DNA of 64,000 nucleotides from an uncultured delta proteobacterium (lineage in GTDB: Bacteria > Desulfobacterota > Syntrophia > Syntrophales > UBA2192): contig CAWDHZ010000036.1 in the NCBI GenBank assembly GCA_963802225.1, positions 79,343 through 143,342 on the forward strand, in the 5' to 3' direction. Every line of letters begins with the position of its first letter. Within the stretch, counting starts at the first letter, position 1. This document shows, one piece after another, positions 17,657 through 26,427 of the stretch. The notes below the pieces were generated by a model. The model was not told the origin of the DNA. It made no database searches and saw nothing but the letters and a program-made list of their open reading frames with translations. The translations under genes were made by a program, and so were the position numbers.

Positions 17657-18784
17657 CTATGCCTTTAACCACGTCTTGATGCGCGGGATCTCCTCCGACA
17701 TCCACTGGGGCGAGAGGCGGCGCTTGAGGAAAAAGGCGAATAGCTCGTCCATGGTCTTCATGGCTGTCTCCACGAGATAGACCCTCTCGAGGATGCCGCC
17801 TTCCTTTTCCTCGTCTTCCTCATCGAACCCGCCCGTAGCAGGGAGTTTCATCGACTGGAACTGAAACCGGTCGGCCTTGAGAGTGAATTCCCATCGCTCG
17901 CTGTCCTTCTCCAGTCGAAGCCGGGCCTCCCGCACCTTTTTGCCTTCGCGGATCGCGGCCTTGCCTTCCCGCAAATCCGCGTGAAGGCCCTGGCAGGCCA
18001 CGGTCTCCGAATATTCTCCCTCGCCGGACTCCAGGACGACCCTTTTCTCGAAGGTGAGCGAGACATCTGTCTGGCCGGGTATCGAAATCGTCCCGTCGCG
18101 CTCCTCCGATTTGAACCAGAGCCAGGTCAGGAACTCCCGGGCCAAAAATGCCGGGTCAGCCTTATCGCCTGCGCCCCTGCCGGGCTCCAGGAAATTTCCC
18201 CCCTCCATGGCCGCAATCGCGGCGGCGGTTTTCGTGTCGAGAGAATCGGGATCCCAGGGCAGGAAGGGGGCAAATCGCATGTTGAAGGAGACTTTGAAGA
18301 GATCCTCGAAGATCTCGAAAACCTTATCGGCGTGGGAACCGACGAGGAGCCAGCCGCCGGAGGGGGCCCATAGAACGTCATGGAAAGACGGAATCGGATA
18401 GGCCCTTGTCAGAAGATGGAGGTACACGCGCTCCTTGATCTCCTTGGTCTGCTCGCGGAAGAGTCGCTTCTTGCCGCTGTCCTTGAGGGACTTCCGTTCC
18501 TCCTCGAGACATTTCAAGCGCAGCAGGGCCGGCGGGATGGACTTTTTGTCGACGCGGAGGGCGAAATAGAAAAAATCCGCTGCGCTATAGCGGGCGCCTT
18601 CGAAGCGCGTGTCGAGGGGATTCTCAAGGCTGGTCCAACCGAAGGCTCGATCCTCTGCGGAGGCCGTCAATTCCTGGAAGGCGTACTTCTTGATCTGTTT
18701 GTCGAAGAAGGGGCGGAATTCAGCGGGGAGCTCCCCTTTGACGCGATATCTCGAAAAAGTGAGCGATCCTTTCAACAGTCCCAT
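17657..18784 (-). CDS. RdgC-like recombination-associated protein
   Basis: 375 aa. The N-terminus MGLLKGSLTFSRYRV and overall pattern resemble delta-proteobacterial RdgC-family proteins; this is recalled similarity only. Confidence 0.5.
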   Translation of the reverse strand: MGLLKGSLTFSRYRVKGELPAEFRPFFDKQIKKYAFQELTASAEDRAFGWTSLENPLDTRFEGARYSAADFFYFALRVDKKSIPPALLRLKCLEEERKSLKDSGKKRLFREQTKEIKERVYLHLLTRAYPIPSFHDVLWAPSGGWLLVGSHADKVFEIFEDLFKVSFNMRFAPFLPWDPDSLDTKTAAAIAAMEGGNFLEPGRGAGDKADPAFLAREFLTWLWFKSEERDGTISIPGQTDVSLTFEKRVVLESGEGEYSETVACQGLHADLREGKAAIREGKKVREARLRLEKDSERWEFTLKADRFQFQSMKLPATGGFDEEDEEKEGGILERVYLVETAMKTMDELFAFFLKRRLSPQWMSEEIPRIKTWLKA

Positions 18785-18883
18785 GTGTGTTCCTCCTGAA
18801 GGCAGGCACGGTAGCGCACGGGGGGGGCTTTGTCAATGGTCATGTCACTGCGGGCAGTCGACCGGGGACATTTACTGCTGGAT

Positions 18884-18999
18884 GAGAGAAGTTAAGAGGG
18901 TGAGAGGGTAAGAAGGTAAGAAGGTTGGATGAGCCGGCGGCCAAATGCAAGGTTCCTGCTTCTCCAGACTTCTCAACTTCAAACCTTCTCACCTTCTGC
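18884..18999. repeat. pair of inverted degenerate octamer arrays (GGTAAGAA-type 18884..18928; CCTTCTCA-type 18955..18999)
   Basis: gagagaag ttaagagg gtgagagg gtaagaag gtaagaag gttgg ... cttctcc agacttctc aacttcaaa ccttctca ccttctgc. Lies in the divergent region between the RdgC-like gene and nadK. Confidence 0.7.
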
Positions 19000-19078
19000 T
19001 TTTCGAGGGCACATCCATGATGGACAGTAAGTTAGATTTATGTTACTTTTCTGCCGAAATTCTAAGGGGTTCTGGCAG

Positions 19079-19957
19079 ATGGGCATCAAGAGAATCGGTA
19101 TTGTCGGAAACGCGAGCAAGGGCCATGTGGTGGAAAGCATCGCCCGACTCTCCGAATGGGCGAAAGGCAAAGGCCTGGAGGTCCTCCCGGAGAAGGAGGC
19201 GGCCGGTAAGCTCGGAGCCCGGGGCTATCACGGGGATGAGCTCGGCACCCTTGCCGACCTGGTTGTCACCATGGGCGGGGACGGTACACTCCTGCAAGCT
19301 GCACGGCTCATGCGGAAATCGGACGTCCCCATTCTCGGCGTCAACATGGGGACCTTCGGTTATCTGACCGTCATCAACCTCAACGAGATGTTCGACGCAC
19401 TGGAGGCGGTGCTGGCGGGGGATTACCGGACGGAGCAGCGCATGATGCTCGATGTCGCCGTCCACGATGAGGGGGGCGAGAACTTTGAGTGTACCGTGCT
19501 GAACGACGCGGTCATCAACCGAGGCAATTACTCGCGCATGGTGGACCTGGAGACCGTCGTTGACGGCGAGTACCTGACCACCTATCGGGCCGACGGCCTC
19601 ATCATATCGACACCGACGGGTTCCACGGCCTATTCGCTTTCGGCGGGGGGGCCCATTGTCTTTCCCGTGCTGAACACCATTATCCTCAACCCCATCTGTC
19701 CCCACACGCTGACGAACCGGCCGGTCATCCTGCCGGAGACGGCTGTCCTGAAGGTCGTGCTCTGGACGCGTGAGGCGGGGGCCATCCTGAGCTGTGACGG
19801 ACAGGTGACTTACAACCTGAAACCAGGCGATGCCATATCGGTTTGCAAGTCGGACTGTGTGACGAACCTGATCGTTTCCCCCAGGAGGGATTATCTGCAG
19901 ATCCTCCGATCCAAGCTCGGGTGGGGAGGATCCCCCACGGCAGCGAACCGCAAGTGA
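19079..19957 (+). CDS. nadK: NAD+ kinase
   Basis: GGDGTLL motif and NE/TPTGSTAYSLSAGGPI motifs. Start at MGIKRIGIV. Confidence 0.9.
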   Translation: MGIKRIGIVGNASKGHVVESIARLSEWAKGKGLEVLPEKEAAGKLGARGYHGDELGTLADLVVTMGGDGTLLQAARLMRKSDVPILGVNMGTFGYLTVINLNEMFDALEAVLAGDYRTEQRMMLDVAVHDEGGENFECTVLNDAVINRGNYSRMVDLETVVDGEYLTTYRADGLIISTPTGSTAYSLSAGGPIVFPVLNTIILNPICPHTLTNRPVILPETAVLKVVLWTREAGAILSCDGQVTYNLKPGDAISVCKSDCVTNLIVSPRRDYLQILRSKLGWGGSPTAANRK

Positions 19958-20015
19958 GTGGGGGCGCCTCGGGGAAATCAAACCCCTGATCTCGGGGTGA
20001 GGGGGTCCTTCGATA

Positions 20016-20101
20016 TCCTTCGATGAACTCAGGACAGGCGCTCATGATGACATTTCCATCGTCATGGTGAGCCTGTCGAACCATCCTTACCGGGAAGCCC
20101 C
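20016..20101 (-). repeat. dispersed intergenic repeat, copy B (inverted relative to copy A)
   Basis: The reverse complement of 20061..20101 is GGGGCTTCCCGGTAAGGATGGTTCGACAGGCTCACCATGAC. The reverse complement of 20016..20038 is CCTGTCCTGAGTTCATCGAAGGA. An extra TCCTTCGAT copy sits at 20006..20014. Confidence 0.8.
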
Positions 20102-20123
20102 ACCATGAGGGCACTGGATTCAC

Positions 20124-21815
20124 ATGTTGAAGGAACTGGGCATCACCAACTTTGCCATCATCGACAGGCTCAACCTGGCCTTTCATGACGGCCTGAATGT
20201 CATATCGGGCGAGACAGGGGCAGGCAAGTCGATCCTCATCGGGGCCATCGGGCTTCTGCTCGGGGAGAGGGCCTCGTCGGATCTGATCCGATCCGATGAG
20301 GACGCGGCCATCGTGGAAGCGGCCTTCGACATCGGTCCCCACAAGCTCCTCAAGGCAAAGCTTTACGGGATGGGCTTTCGCCCGGGCCGTGAGCTTGTCG
20401 TGAAACGGGTCGTGTCCCGGTCTGGCAAGAACCGGGTCTACATCGATGGCAACCTTGCTACCGTGGCCATGCTCGGCGAGATCAGCGAAGCGCTCGTCAA
20501 TATCTGCAGCCAGCACGAGCACCAGGCCCTGCTCGACCCGGAGAGTCACATCGACATCCTCGATGAGTTCGGAAACCTGGGCCCGCAGCGAAGCGCCTTC
20601 ACCGCACTCTACGAGGAGCATCAGGGACTGAAGGCGAGGCTGGATGCGTTGGCGGCAAAGAACCGAGACCGTGCCGAGAGGGAGGAATTCCTCCGTTTCC
20701 AGGCCAGCGAGATCGAGAAGGCGGCCCTCAAGCCCGGCGAGGACGTTTCTCTTCAGGAGGAGAAAAAAATCCTCGCAAACGCCGTGAAGCTGACGGAGCT
20801 CGCCCGCGAGTCTTACGAGATCCTCTATGGAAAGGAGGAATCGGTCCTGGGCCAGTTGAGCCGTGTGACCGGCCACATCCGGGAAATCCGCCGCATCGAT
20901 CCGAATTTCAAGGTCTCGGACGAAGAGGTGAAATCCCTTGCCATCCAGCTCGAGGATGCGGCGAGGGTCCTGCAGGATTACCTGAATAAAATCCACGCGG
21001 ACCCGGCGCGGCTCGAGGAGATCGACGACCGGCTCGAGGTCATCGGGAGACTGAAAAAGAAATACGGCGGCTCCATCGAGAGCATACTGAAGACGGGGAC
21101 GACGCTGAAGACCGAACTGGAAGGGCTCTCGAGCGCTGCCGAGGATCTGGAGGGTCTGGGGCGGGAGCTGAAGCTGAAAAAAGCCTCCCTGCAGGAACTT
21201 GGGGAAAAGCTTACCGTCGAGCGCAGGCGTGTGGCCTCATCCATGGAGAAAGCCATCGAAGAGGAGATCCATGACCTGAAGATGGAAAAGGCGCGCTTCG
21301 AGGTCTCATTCAAGGAGCCGCAGCTGGACGACGGGAACATCCCGCGCTTTCACACCAGGGGCGTCGACCATCTGGAGTTTTACCTGTCCACAAACGTGGG
21401 GGAACAGCTGAAGCCTCTCAACCGGATCGCCTCGGGCGGGGAACTCTCGCGGATCGTGCTGGCCATGAAGAAAGTGCTCGCCCGGGCGGGATCCGTCGGG
21501 ACGGTCATCTTCGACGAAGTGGACAGCGGCATCGGTGGAGCCACGGCGGAGATCGTGGGACGAAAACTCCGGGACATTGCGAAAAACCATCAGGTCATCT
21601 GCATCACGCACCTGCCCCAGATTGCCTCCTTCGGCTCTACGCACTACCAGGTCGTGAAAAGTGTAAACGACGGGCGGACGAGAGCGGACGTACGGACCTT
21701 GTCCGAAGAGGAGAGACTCGAGGAGATCACGCGGATGCTGGGCGGTGTGGAAATCACGGACAAGACCCGGGCTGCTGCGAAGGAAATGTTGAAAGCAGCA
21801 AGAAAAAAAGATTAG
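20124..21815 (+). CDS. recN: DNA repair protein RecN
   Basis: Walker A GETGAGKS, long coiled-coil, C-terminal SGGELSR signature and Walker B (VIFDEVDSGIGG). Confidence 0.95.
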   Translation: MLKELGITNFAIIDRLNLAFHDGLNVISGETGAGKSILIGAIGLLLGERASSDLIRSDEDAAIVEAAFDIGPHKLLKAKLYGMGFRPGRELVVKRVVSRSGKNRVYIDGNLATVAMLGEISEALVNICSQHEHQALLDPESHIDILDEFGNLGPQRSAFTALYEEHQGLKARLDALAAKNRDRAEREEFLRFQASEIEKAALKPGEDVSLQEEKKILANAVKLTELARESYEILYGKEESVLGQLSRVTGHIREIRRIDPNFKVSDEEVKSLAIQLEDAARVLQDYLNKIHADPARLEEIDDRLEVIGRLKKKYGGSIESILKTGTTLKTELEGLSSAAEDLEGLGRELKLKKASLQELGEKLTVERRRVASSMEKAIEEEIHDLKMEKARFEVSFKEPQLDDGNIPRFHTRGVDHLEFYLSTNVGEQLKPLNRIASGGELSRIVLAMKKVLARAGSVGTVIFDEVDSGIGGATAEIVGRKLRDIAKNHQVICITHLPQIASFGSTHYQVVKSVNDGRTRADVRTLSEEERLEEITRMLGGVEITDKTRAAAKEMLKAARKKD

Positions 21816-21845
21816 GGTGTGGGGTGTGGCGTGTAGGGTGTGGGC
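21813..21845 (+). repeat. GGGTGT(A/G)-type heptamer array starting at the recN stop codon
   Basis: TAGGGTGTGGGGTGTGGCGTGTAGGGTGTGGGC, with four G3+ tracts. Confidence 0.75.
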
Positions 21846-21882
21846 AAAAAGGATAAAAATGGGCGAAAAGGCTGCTCGACGG

Positions 21883-21926
21883 AATAACGAAACAAACGAA
21901 ATCAACGAACAAACGAAATAGACGAG
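21883..21926 (+). repeat. degenerate AACGAA(A/C)-type tandem array
   Basis: aataacgaa acaaacgaa atcaacgaa caaacgaa atagacgag, upstream of the GNAT gene. Confidence 0.7.
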
Positions 21927-21933
21927 TGTCGAA

Positions 21934-22392
21934 ATGTTGAGAAAAGCGAAGACCAGCGATGTGAAGGCGATGCACCGGACGATCAACCTCTCGGCGGCCA
22001 AGGGCGAGATGCTGCCCCGGTCGCTCGTGGATCTCTACAACAGCCTGCGGGACTTTTACGTCTACCTGGAGGAGGACAAGGGGCCCATCGTGGGGATTGT
22101 CGGCATGCATCTGTTCTGGGAGAACCTCGCCGAAATCCGCTCCCTTTATGTGTCCGATGACTACAGGCACAAGGGCATCGGAAAGAAGCTGGTCGAGGCC
22201 TGCATTTCCGAAGCAATCACCCTGGAGATCTACCGCATCTTCGCACTCACGTACCAGAAGGATTTCTTTGATGCGATGGGGTTCCACGAGGTCCAGCGCA
22301 CGGAGCTGCCGGAGAAGATCTGGTCGGACTGCTTCAAGTGCTGGAAGTACCCGGATTTTTGCGACGAGTATGCAATGATCATCGAGTTATAG
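21934..22392 (+). CDS. GNAT family N-acetyltransferase
   Basis: 152 aa; acetyl-CoA binding motif region (YRHKGIGKKLVEA). Confidence 0.7.
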   Translation: MLRKAKTSDVKAMHRTINLSAAKGEMLPRSLVDLYNSLRDFYVYLEEDKGPIVGIVGMHLFWENLAEIRSLYVSDDYRHKGIGKKLVEACISEAITLEIYRIFALTYQKDFFDAMGFHEVQRTELPEKIWSDCFKCWKYPDFCDEYAMIIEL

Positions 22393-22406
22393 CGGCTTTC
22401 GCCGCA

Positions 22407-22440
22407 GTGTTAAGTTTCACGTGTTAAGTGTTACGTGAGG
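22407..22440 (+). repeat. GTGTTAAG-type degenerate array
   Basis: gtgttaag tttcac gtgttaag tgttac gtgagg, just after the GNAT stop. Confidence 0.6.
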
Positions 22441-22480
22441 AAAATTCCCCCTCGTTCCCCCAAGGCAGCTTCGCTGCAGG

Positions 22481-22580
22481 AATTGGTTGACTGGGTAATT
22501 CGTTGATTGGGGAAGAACAGAAAGACTACAGCTTCTCTGCCCTTTCTTCCTTATCAACTAATCAACCAATCACCAGTTAC
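22481..22580 (+). repeat. composite element: ATTGGTTGA-word array, 36-nt spacer, inverted TATCAAC-word array
   Basis: aattggttgactgggtaattcgttgattgggg (22481..22512) and ccttatcaactaatcaaccaatcaccagttac (22549..22580) are about 65-70% complementary. The same architecture is found at 47979..48090 on the minus strand. Confidence 0.75.
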
Positions 22581-22611
22581 TGCGATGTACGGGGGATTTA
22601 CATTGGCGCCC

Positions 22612-23838
22612 ATGAAGAAAACGATACTGATCATCCTCGTTTTGCTGCTCCTGCTCATCGGCGGTTGTGCGTTCTTCAAGAAGCCGCCTGTCGTGCCTGC
22701 GCCTCCTCCACCGCAAAAGGAAGGCCCGCCGCTTGCCGTTGTCACCGGCAGCGATCTTCCCGCCTTTCGCGACGATCTGGACCGGGAATCTCTTGTCCGG
22801 GCCGTTCGCAAGAGCCTGGAGTATTACACCAGGCTCCCGGAGCGCACCACGTACCGGCTGGCGGCGGAGCGTTTCACGGTAAGCGACATGAAACAATCGC
22901 TGGGGGCTTTCCTGGAGATCGTCGAGACGAGTGATTCCCCCGCGACGATCGAAAGAAGGGTGCGGGAAACATTTGACGTCTACAGGGCCTCGGGCGGCGC
23001 TCCCTCGGGCAGGGTGCTTTTTACAGGCTACTACGAGCCGGTCCTCAAGGGCTCACCCGAACGAAGCGAGCAGTACCGGTACCCCATCTACCGCAAGCCC
23101 GACGACTCCGTCGTTGTCCAGCTTGGTAAGTTTCGGGAAAAATACCGCAATGAGCGGCTGGTGGGCCGGATTGAGAAAGGCGAGCTGGTTCCCTATTTCA
23201 CACGCGAGGAGATCGACGGGGCGGGGGTCTTGGAAAACAGGGGGCTGGAGATCGCCTGGTTTGCGGATCCCGTCGACATCTTTTTCCTCCACATCCAGGG
23301 CTCGGGGATGATCTGCCTGCCCGATGGGATGTGCTTCCAGGTGAGTTATGCCCAGTCGAACGGAAGGGCCTACAGGAGCATCGGGAGGCTCCTGATCGAT
23401 TCGGGCAAGGCCACCCGGGAGAACCTGTCCATGCAGGGGATCAAGAAGTATCTCCGCGAGCATCCCGAGGAGGCCCGGGAGATCCTCAACTACAACGAAA
23501 GCTATGTGTTTTTCCGTACCGTTGAGGAGGGACCCGTGGGCAGTATCGGCGTGGCGCTCACAGGCGGCCGCTCCATCGCCACGGATCAGACGATCTTCCC
23601 GCGGGGGGCGCTTGCCTTCATCAAGACCCGGAAGCCCGTTATCGGCCCCGGCGGCGATATCCGGTCCTGGGTCCCGTTCTCACGGTTCGTCCTGAACCAG
23701 GACACGGGCGGAGCGATCACGGGCCCCGGGCGTGTGGATCTGTTCTGCGGAAGGGGCAACGAGGCGGAGATCACGGCGGGTCACCTCAAGGAGGAGGGTG
23801 ATCTGTATTTTCTCGTTCTGAAAAAAGGAAAAAAATGA
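22612..23838 (+). CDS. mltA: membrane-bound lytic murein transglycosylase A (lipoprotein)
   Basis: Lipobox LLIGGC, an MltA-specific domain and a C-terminal 3D domain (DTGGAI.G..R.D.F.G). Confidence 0.85.
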   Translation: MKKTILIILVLLLLLIGGCAFFKKPPVVPAPPPPQKEGPPLAVVTGSDLPAFRDDLDRESLVRAVRKSLEYYTRLPERTTYRLAAERFTVSDMKQSLGAFLEIVETSDSPATIERRVRETFDVYRASGGAPSGRVLFTGYYEPVLKGSPERSEQYRYPIYRKPDDSVVVQLGKFREKYRNERLVGRIEKGELVPYFTREEIDGAGVLENRGLEIAWFADPVDIFFLHIQGSGMICLPDGMCFQVSYAQSNGRAYRSIGRLLIDSGKATRENLSMQGIKKYLREHPEEAREILNYNESYVFFRTVEEGPVGSIGVALTGGRSIATDQTIFPRGALAFIKTRKPVIGPGGDIRSWVPFSRFVLNQDTGGAITGPGRVDLFCGRGNEAEITAGHLKEEGDLYFLVLKKGKK

Positions 23839-23875
23839 AGAAACTCCGGGGCGATACGAGGCACGGGGAATTTTC

Positions 23876-23904
23876 TTGCCTGCACCTGGTTTTTCGTGAT
23901 AATT
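23876..23904 (+). promoter_or_regulatory. sigma-70-type promoter candidate for the HU gene (TTGCCT-17-ATAATT)
   Basis: 17-nt spacing; it would give a leader of about 175 nt. Confidence 0.45.
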
Positions 23905-24027
23905 AACAAAGACTTTCCGTGTGTCAGACTCCGAGACAAACAATTCCCTGAACCCCTAACAAGAGAAAAACCCGTTCTGCGCCTGGTGGTACAAGGGGGG
24001 AGACGCGCCTGCGTGGTTCTTTTCATT

Positions 24028-24060
24028 GAAATCGGTTGGAAATAGGTTGGAAATCGGTTG
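24028..24060 (+). repeat. 3 x 11-nt direct repeat GAAATCGGTTG / GAAATAGGTTG / GAAATCGGTTG
   Basis: Perfectly phased 11-mers ending 10 nt before the RBS of the HU gene. Confidence 0.9.
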
Positions 24061-24084
24061 CCGTGAGCGAAAGGGGGACACGTG

Positions 24085-24360
24085 ATGACTAAGTACGACA
24101 TGATCAACGTGATGGCAAAAGATGCCAGGATTTCGAAAGCCGCAGCCGGAAGGGCTCTCGAGGCTTATCTCCAGGCTGTCGGCGGGGAGCTCAAGAGAAA
24201 CGGGAAGCTGAGCCTGGTCGGGTTCGGGACCTTCATCTGCGCACAGCGCAAGGCGAGAACCGGTCGGAACCCGAAGACGGGCAGCGCCATCCACATCCCT
24301 TCCAAAAAGGTCGTGCGATTCAGGGCCGGCAAGGGGCTGAGCGACGTCGTGAACATCTGA
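24085..24360 (+). CDS. hup: HU family DNA-binding protein
   Basis: LVGFGTF....R.ARTGRNP.TG..I.IP....V.F..GK.L. ATG at 24085 (GTG at 24082 is also possible). Confidence 0.9.
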   Translation: MTKYDMINVMAKDARISKAAAGRALEAYLQAVGGELKRNGKLSLVGFGTFICAQRKARTGRNPKTGSAIHIPSKKVVRFRAGKGLSDVVNI

Positions 24361-24386
24361 TGGAAGGCCATCATCCGTCCACTGAA

Positions 24387-24421
24387 GACCTCCGCCTGCG
24401 GGAACCCGGAGGTCTTTTTTT
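24387..24421 (+). terminator. rho-independent terminator after the HU gene
   Basis: GACCTCCG...CGGAGGTC followed by TTTTTTT. Confidence 0.85.
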
Positions 24422-24457
24422 AAACATACGTCGACAGGACGCGCAGGGCATGACCCG

Positions 24458-25267
24458 ATGACGAACATCACGGAAAGAATCAGACAAGCGGTGAGCCCGA
24501 CTCTGCAGGGTGTCCTCCGGGAAGCCGGGAATCTGGCCGACGAGATGGGATTCAGCGCCTACGTCGTGGGTGGCATGGTCCGGGATCTCCTGTTGGAGCT
24601 TCAAACGATCGACGTGGACATCGTCGTCGAAGGGCAGGGGATCCATTTTGCCAGGAGCCTGGCCGATCGCCTGCATGCAAAGGTGAGGTGCCACGAACGA
24701 TTCGGGACGGCCACCCTCTCTCTTCCCGATCAGCTCCGGGTGGACGTCGCCACGGCACGCACCGAATTCTACGAGCGTCCCGCGGCACTGCCCCGCGTGT
24801 CTCCCGGTTCGATCCGGGATGACATGGTTCGGCGTGACTTCACGATCAACGCGCTGGCCGCCTCGCTGATGCCCGCGGAGTTCGGCCGACTTCTCGATGA
24901 TTTCGGCGGGCTCCGCGACCTGCGGGAGACGCACATCCGGGCCCTGCATGAACGAAGCTTCATCGACGACCCGACGAGGATCTTCCGGGCTGTCCGGTTC
25001 GAAAAAAGGCTCGACTTCCGGATTGTCCGCTCTACGGAGCAATGGATCGTCGAGGCCCTGTCGAGGTCCCTCCTCGAGGAGCTGGAGGATTACCGGATTG
25101 CCACGGAACTGCGGCTGATCCTCGAGGAACCCGATCCGGCCGGGCCGTTGAGGCGGTTGTCGGAGCTCGGAATCATTGACCGGCTGAAGGGGAGGCCGGC
25201 TCGCGGGAAAATTCTGGAGAAGCAAATGAAAAAGGCGGAGCAGATTCTCCAGCGCGAAGGGCCATGA
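24458..25267 (+). CDS. poly(A) polymerase / CCA-adding nucleotidyltransferase family protein (short, head domain)
   Basis: GG.VRD glycine motif (VVGGMVRDLLL), DxD (DVDIVV) and RRDFTINA motif. Only 269 aa. Confidence 0.7.
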   Translation: MTNITERIRQAVSPTLQGVLREAGNLADEMGFSAYVVGGMVRDLLLELQTIDVDIVVEGQGIHFARSLADRLHAKVRCHERFGTATLSLPDQLRVDVATARTEFYERPAALPRVSPGSIRDDMVRRDFTINALAASLMPAEFGRLLDDFGGLRDLRETHIRALHERSFIDDPTRIFRAVRFEKRLDFRIVRSTEQWIVEALSRSLLEELEDYRIATELRLILEEPDPAGPLRRLSELGIIDRLKGRPARGKILEKQMKKAEQILQREGP

Positions 25268-25310
25268 GGAAAATTGCCCTGTTTTATCTTGACCTTGGCC
25301 AGTCCTGCCG

Positions 25311-25339
25311 TTGACATGGGCAGGCAATTCTGTTATACG
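25311..25339 (+). promoter_or_regulatory. sigma-70-type promoter candidate for trpS (TTGACA-17-TATACG)
   Basis: Perfect -35 box, 17-nt spacer, about 90 nt upstream of the start codon. Confidence 0.4.
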
Positions 25340-25428
25340 AGCTGGACGCTTGGGTCGGGCCCGGGCGATTTCCGATCCAAGGGTTCGCCGGCGTTGCACG
25401 GCGGCCTCGCGGCATACATAGAGGAGAC

Positions 25429-26422
25429 ATGGGAGCGAAGCGAAGGATATTGAGCGGGATGCGGCCGACGGGCAAGCTGCATCTGGGAAACTACCTCGGG
25501 GCCCTGAAGAACTGGGTGGATCTGCAGAACGATGGCGGCTACGAGTGCTTCTACTTCATCGCCGACTGGCACGCCCTTACCTCAGACTACAACCGCACCG
25601 AGGAGATCCGCGAGAACCGGATCGACATCGTCGTCGACTGGCTGGCCGCCGGCCTCGACCCGAGGCAGAGCACCCTCTTCGTCCAGTCCTCCGTCGTGGA
25701 GCATGCGGAGCTCTTCGTGCTGCTGTGCATGATCACCCCGCTTCCCTGGCTCGAGCGCAACCCCACCTACAAGGAGATGAAGCAGGAGCTCATAGACCGG
25801 GATCTCTCCACCTTCGGGTTTCTCGGCTACCCCGTTCTCCAGGCGGCGGACATCATCATGTACAAGGCCTACGGCGTGCCCGTGGGCGTTGACCAGCTGC
25901 CCCACGTGGAGCTGACCCGGGAGATCGCAAGGCGCTTCAACTTCCTCTACCGGGAGATCTTCCCCATCCCGGAGCCGCTCCTGACGGAGGTGCCGAAACT
26001 TCTGGGGATCGACGGACGCAAGATGAGCAAGTCCTACGACAACGCCATCTACCTGAGCGACCGGGGCGAGGAGCTCCGCAAGAAGATCGAGTCCATGTTC
26101 ACCGACCCGCAGCGCCAGAAAAAAAGCGACCCCGGGCGGCCGGAGATCTGCAACGTCTTCAGCTTCCATAACCTGTACTCCCCCGCGGCCGAGGTCGACG
26201 AGATCGAAAAAGACTGCCGAAAGGCCGCCATCGGCTGCGTTCAGTGCAAGAAGCGGCTGGCCCTGCGCATTGCGGAAGGGCTCAAGCCGATCCACGAGAA
26301 GCAGGACTACTACCGGGCTCACATGCAGGAAGTGCACGACATCATCGCCGACGGCAACGAGACGGGCCCGGAAAGTGGCCCGGGCGACGATGGCCGAAGT
26401 GCGGGAGGCCGTCCGGATCTGA
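25429..26422 (+). CDS. trpS: tryptophan--tRNA ligase; last ~20 codons readable only after a +1 frame change near 26363
   Basis: HLGN (HIGH-class) and KMSKS motifs. The conserved C-terminal helix ARKVARATMAEVREAVRI-stop (TGA 26420..26422) is in the +1 frame. In the literal frame the ORF continues into scpA (ORF 25429..27159). Confidence 0.85.
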
Positions 26423-26427
26423 TCGCC

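Noticed and set aside
21812-21817. Telomere-like TTAGGG at the recN stop.
   Set aside because: It is a single hexamer produced by the stop codon TAG abutting the GGGTGT array. It has no telomeric repeat structure.
24458-25267. The short (269-aa) PolyA_pol/CCA-family gene as a truncated pseudogene.
   Set aside because: Only ~160 nt separate it from trpS, and no continuation of the family sequence is visible in any frame. It may be a genuine short form, so pseudogene status is not supportable from sequence alone.
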